Shown here one piece after another: positions 61,793-64,000 of a stretch of DNA of 64,000 bases (positions are counted from its first letter, which is position 1; every line of letters begins with the position of its first letter). This DNA comes from Candidatus Magasanikiibacteriota bacterium. GTDB taxonomy: Bacteria > Patescibacteriota > Patescibacteriia > Magasanikbacterales > 2-02-FULL-50-9b. The notes under the pieces are model-generated. The model had not been told where the DNA came from. It ran no database searches and saw only the letters and a program-made list of their open reading frames with translations. The translations under genes were made by a program, and so were the position numbers. Where the stretch lies: positions 431 to 64,430 of the forward strand of contig CAITMK010000004.1 in assembly GCA_903893485.1 (NCBI GenBank), given 5' to 3'.

Positions 61793-62320
61793 TTAAGCTT
61801 GAGCTTTTTTTTCTTCGATTGCGTGAAGCGCGGTAACAAAACCACGAGTAACGCCAGCAAGTGTACCCACGAGGCCAGACAATGGCGCATTGATAACGCC
61901 AACGAGCTGTCCGAGGAGCTGCTGTTTGGTTGGAAGTGCGGCGAGTGCTTTCACACCTGCTGCGTCAATGAATTTACCCTCGAGCAAACCGCCCAAGATT
62001 TGAATCGTTGTTACTTCTTTACCGATGTTTGCAATAAGTGTAGCGGCGCTGATTTCATCGTTCATGCCAAATGCGACTGCAACGTTGCCGTCCATAGCTT
62101 TTGCGTTGATTTCATAGCCTGCTGCTTTTGCTGCCAGTGTGATGAGTGTCTTTTTTGCCACTACATAATCAACACCAACTTTTTCTGCACCGCGACGTAC
62201 TTTTGATACATCTTTTACGGTGACGCCTTTGTAGTTTACAAAAACCACGGCTTTTGATTTCTTAAAAGCTTCGGTCAGTTCTGCAAGGGCGACTTCTTTT
62301 TGTGAGCGTGTTTTTGCCAT
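61793..62320 (-). CDS. rplJ: 50S ribosomal protein L10
   Basis: MAKTRSQK, YKGVTV, VAKKTL, LAALPTKQQLLGQL. Confidence 0.97.
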   Translation of the reverse strand: MAKTRSQKEVALAELTEAFKKSKAVVFVNYKGVTVKDVSKVRRGAEKVGVDYVVAKKTLITLAAKAAGYEINAKAMDGNVAVAFGMNDEISAATLIANIGKEVTTIQILGGLLEGKFIDAAGVKALAALPTKQQLLGQLVGVINAPLSGLVGTLAGVTRGFVTALHAIEEKKAQA

Positions 62321-62324
62321 ACAA

Positions 62325-62446
62325 AAAATTTGCGGCTTAACCGCAAACGTGAGATCACCCCGACCTTTACCTAAAAGTGTAGAGTGGATGGCCTCGGCGG
62401 GACTTATGGGCATTTTTTGGCGCCCAGCCTGCTGTCTGCGGTAGTG
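62325..62446 (-). promoter_or_regulatory. Ribosomal protein L10 leader
   Basis: ACCGCAGACAGCAGG...TAAGTCCCGCCGAGG matches the L10-leader core; promoter TTGACA(62480-62475)-17-TAATAT. Confidence 0.8.
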
Positions 62447-62476
62447 AGGACATATTACCGAATTAAGTTGCTTGTG

Positions 62477-62621
62477 TCAAGTCTGAAAGTTCCCTCTGGC
62501 ACACGTGTCAGTTTGCCCGGCGGCAAACTGCACTCGGCCTCGGCGCGGGCTCGTCTTGGCTGCGCCAAGACACCGGCCCGCCGCGCCTGCGGATGGTGCC
62601 AGAGGGAACTTTCAGACTTGA
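62477..62621 (-). repeat. Structured palindromic element, copy C
   Basis: Perfect 26-bp arms 62477-62502/62596-62621; same core. Confidence 0.85.
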
Positions 62622-62756
62622 GTAACTCAATCCGGTAATTAACCACAAAATATTGACAAAATGGCTAAAATGTGATATATTGCTACGTTGTGCGATTAAG
62701 CGGTTATGCACGACCTGAGCAACAAAACCGCGAGAAATTGAAAATTGGAGGCTTTA

Positions 62757-63128
62757 ATGGATACGAGTACTACAACTACGGCGCCCTGGCATAGCCCGGA
62801 CGGAAAGGCGGATCGCATCAAGGCGATCTGGGGCGACAATGTCCCCGATTACCTCTGGTACGCGGTTTTGAACCCGCTCACGAAGGAGCAGCAGCTCGAA
62901 ATCATCGCGCTCGTCGAAAACGAGATGTTCGCGGCCGATAACCGTCCTGATTTCGGCAGCATCGAGTGGCATTTTGGCAAAGTGCCCGCTACCGAAGGCA
63001 AAACGGAACTTCGCGTGCGCGGCGCCGACAAGCTCCTGCTTTCCCTGGAAATCAAAGGAGTGACGCTGCCGCTGCATGTCGTCGGCCACAAAAGACAGCC
63101 CGCGACGCGCATCGACTTCACGGCGTAG
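62757..63128 (+). CDS. GC-rich orphan hypothetical protein
   Basis: TTGACA(62653)-17-TATATT, GGAGG SD, terminator hairpin ~63165-63203. Confidence 0.72.
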   Translation: MDTSTTTTAPWHSPDGKADRIKAIWGDNVPDYLWYAVLNPLTKEQQLEIIALVENEMFAADNRPDFGSIEWHFGKVPATEGKTELRVRGADKLLLSLEIKGVTLPLHVVGHKRQPATRIDFTA

Positions 63129-63219
63129 CGCGCCCCGCCCGGCAATCACGCCGACCAACCCCATCCCGCTTCGGTCATCGACTGGAGTGGGGTGTTTTAT
63201 TTTACAAAAATTTAAATAA

Positions 63220-63570
63220 AAAAACACCTCATACTCCTGGGCCCAGGAATATGAGGCATGGTGTGCGATCAGCTTGGCTGAGGTTTGTCGGAGGGTTTCC
63301 CTTTCCGAATACGCGACACCGTCTGTTTCGTGGAGGTATTTGCACCCCGCTGTTGCATATTGAGCTGCTTGTGGCGGGCAGAAACTTGCGCTCCTGCTGA
63401 GAGTGCGCAAAGGGTACCCAGTTAACCACAGCACTGTTTCGTGCAGCCCATACAACCGAACCCACCGACAAGGAGTTTAACCCTGTCATCGCAACTGCAC
63501 GTCCCACAAGGGGTTCGATGCACTGCGCGATTTGCCCGCACGGACACCATCGGTGGTTTTTCAGACTGTT
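63220..63570 (-). ncRNA. Putative large structured ncRNA of unknown family
   Basis: TTGACG-17-TACTAT promoter, closing helix, at least 8 helices, 14-bp terminator stem with U-run. Confidence 0.65.
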
Positions 63571-63673
63571 AAAATAGTACGTTACTTTTGGGATAGCGTC
63601 AAGATTGACAAATACCCTATTCTGTTGTAGTGTTTGGGCGACCGAATCGTTCCGACACAAACAGGAGAACACC

Positions 63674-64000
63674 ATGAAACGTAACTGGTCCGTGATCAAT
63701 CTGCTCGGAGACGACGAGCTGTGGAAAAGACTGGCTTTTGAGCTCGACCCCAAGAATCTTGCGGAGCTGCAGCGACAGTACCCCATGTTTTTCATGGAAG
63801 GCGCGGACGACGGGCCGCGGCGGTTTCCGCTGTCGCAGCTGCGCGCACTGGCAAGAACAGACCCGAAAATGCCATCGAACTGCTCCATCCTTGTTCGCGA
63901 GAAAAAAACAGCGAAATACCCCAAGCGTGTTACCGAGTATCCGCACGTTTCGTATCGCGGCGATATTGAGGGCATGCGTCCACCCTACGACCTTGTTGAC
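63674..64000 (+). CDS. GC-rich orphan protein (partial) MKRNWSVINLLGDDELWKRLAFELDP...
   Basis: TTGACA(63605)-17-TAGTGT, AGGAG SD, frame open to window end; not in ORF track. Confidence 0.7.
   Translation, partial: MKRNWSVINLLGDDELWKRLAFELDPKNLAELQRQYPMFFMEGADDGPRRFPLSQLRALARTDPKMPSNCSILVREKKTAKYPKRVTEYPHVSYRGDIEGMRPPYDLVD

Noticed and set aside
59969-62621. CRISPR array or integron attC sites
   Set aside because: Repeats are ~140 bp, more than 1 kb apart and in mixed orientation, with no cas/intI and no RYYYAAC..GTTRRRY ends
63250-63560. RNase P, tmRNA, SRP, T-box or group II intron identity for the structured RNA
   Set aside because: Only isolated fragments match (TGCAACAG, GTGCG); no GAGGAAAGUC, tRNA-like ends, T-box or domain V
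62754-63975. Minus-strand ORFs of 233 aa and 248 aa spanning the ncRNA
   Set aside because: They are antisense to two + genes that have promoters and SD sites, cross promoter or terminator elements, lack an SD and have non-protein-like composition

Overview
This window is core chromosome of a reduced-genome bacterium, most likely Patescibacteria/CPR. That is an inference from the type-2 IleRS, archaeal/eukaryote-type ProRS, alpha2 GlyRS, DUF4012/DUF5652-type genes and the lack of Shine-Dalgarno sites on core genes. Housekeeping content: hrcA-grpE-dnaK with a perfect CIRCE, yidC, ndh, znuBC, uppP, ppa, ileS, proS, engB, an ApbE/FMN-binding/RnfD-FNR flavinylation cluster, a MarR efflux operon, four tRNAs, rpmG, tpiA, glyQS, frr, holB, mreB and rplJ-rplL with an L10 leader. 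Five items stand out. (1) A ~340-nt highly structured putative ncRNA at 63220-63570 (-) has its own promoter and terminator and matches no family I recognise. (2) Three covarying copies of a ~140-bp multi-hairpin element carry cGNAg loops and copy-specific inverted arms; two bracket an AT-rich UDG-superfamily-like gene and one overlaps the rplJ -35 box. (3) A collapsed diversity-generating retroelement (target gene plus N-truncated RT) lies next to tRNA-Trp. (4) About eight GC-rich orphan genes are mostly packaged as promoter-SD-ORF-terminator cassettes. (5) Unannotated small ORFs and a tandem pair of orphan paralogues with a shared N-terminal domain are present. All family calls come from motifs read by eye; no database search or folding program was run.
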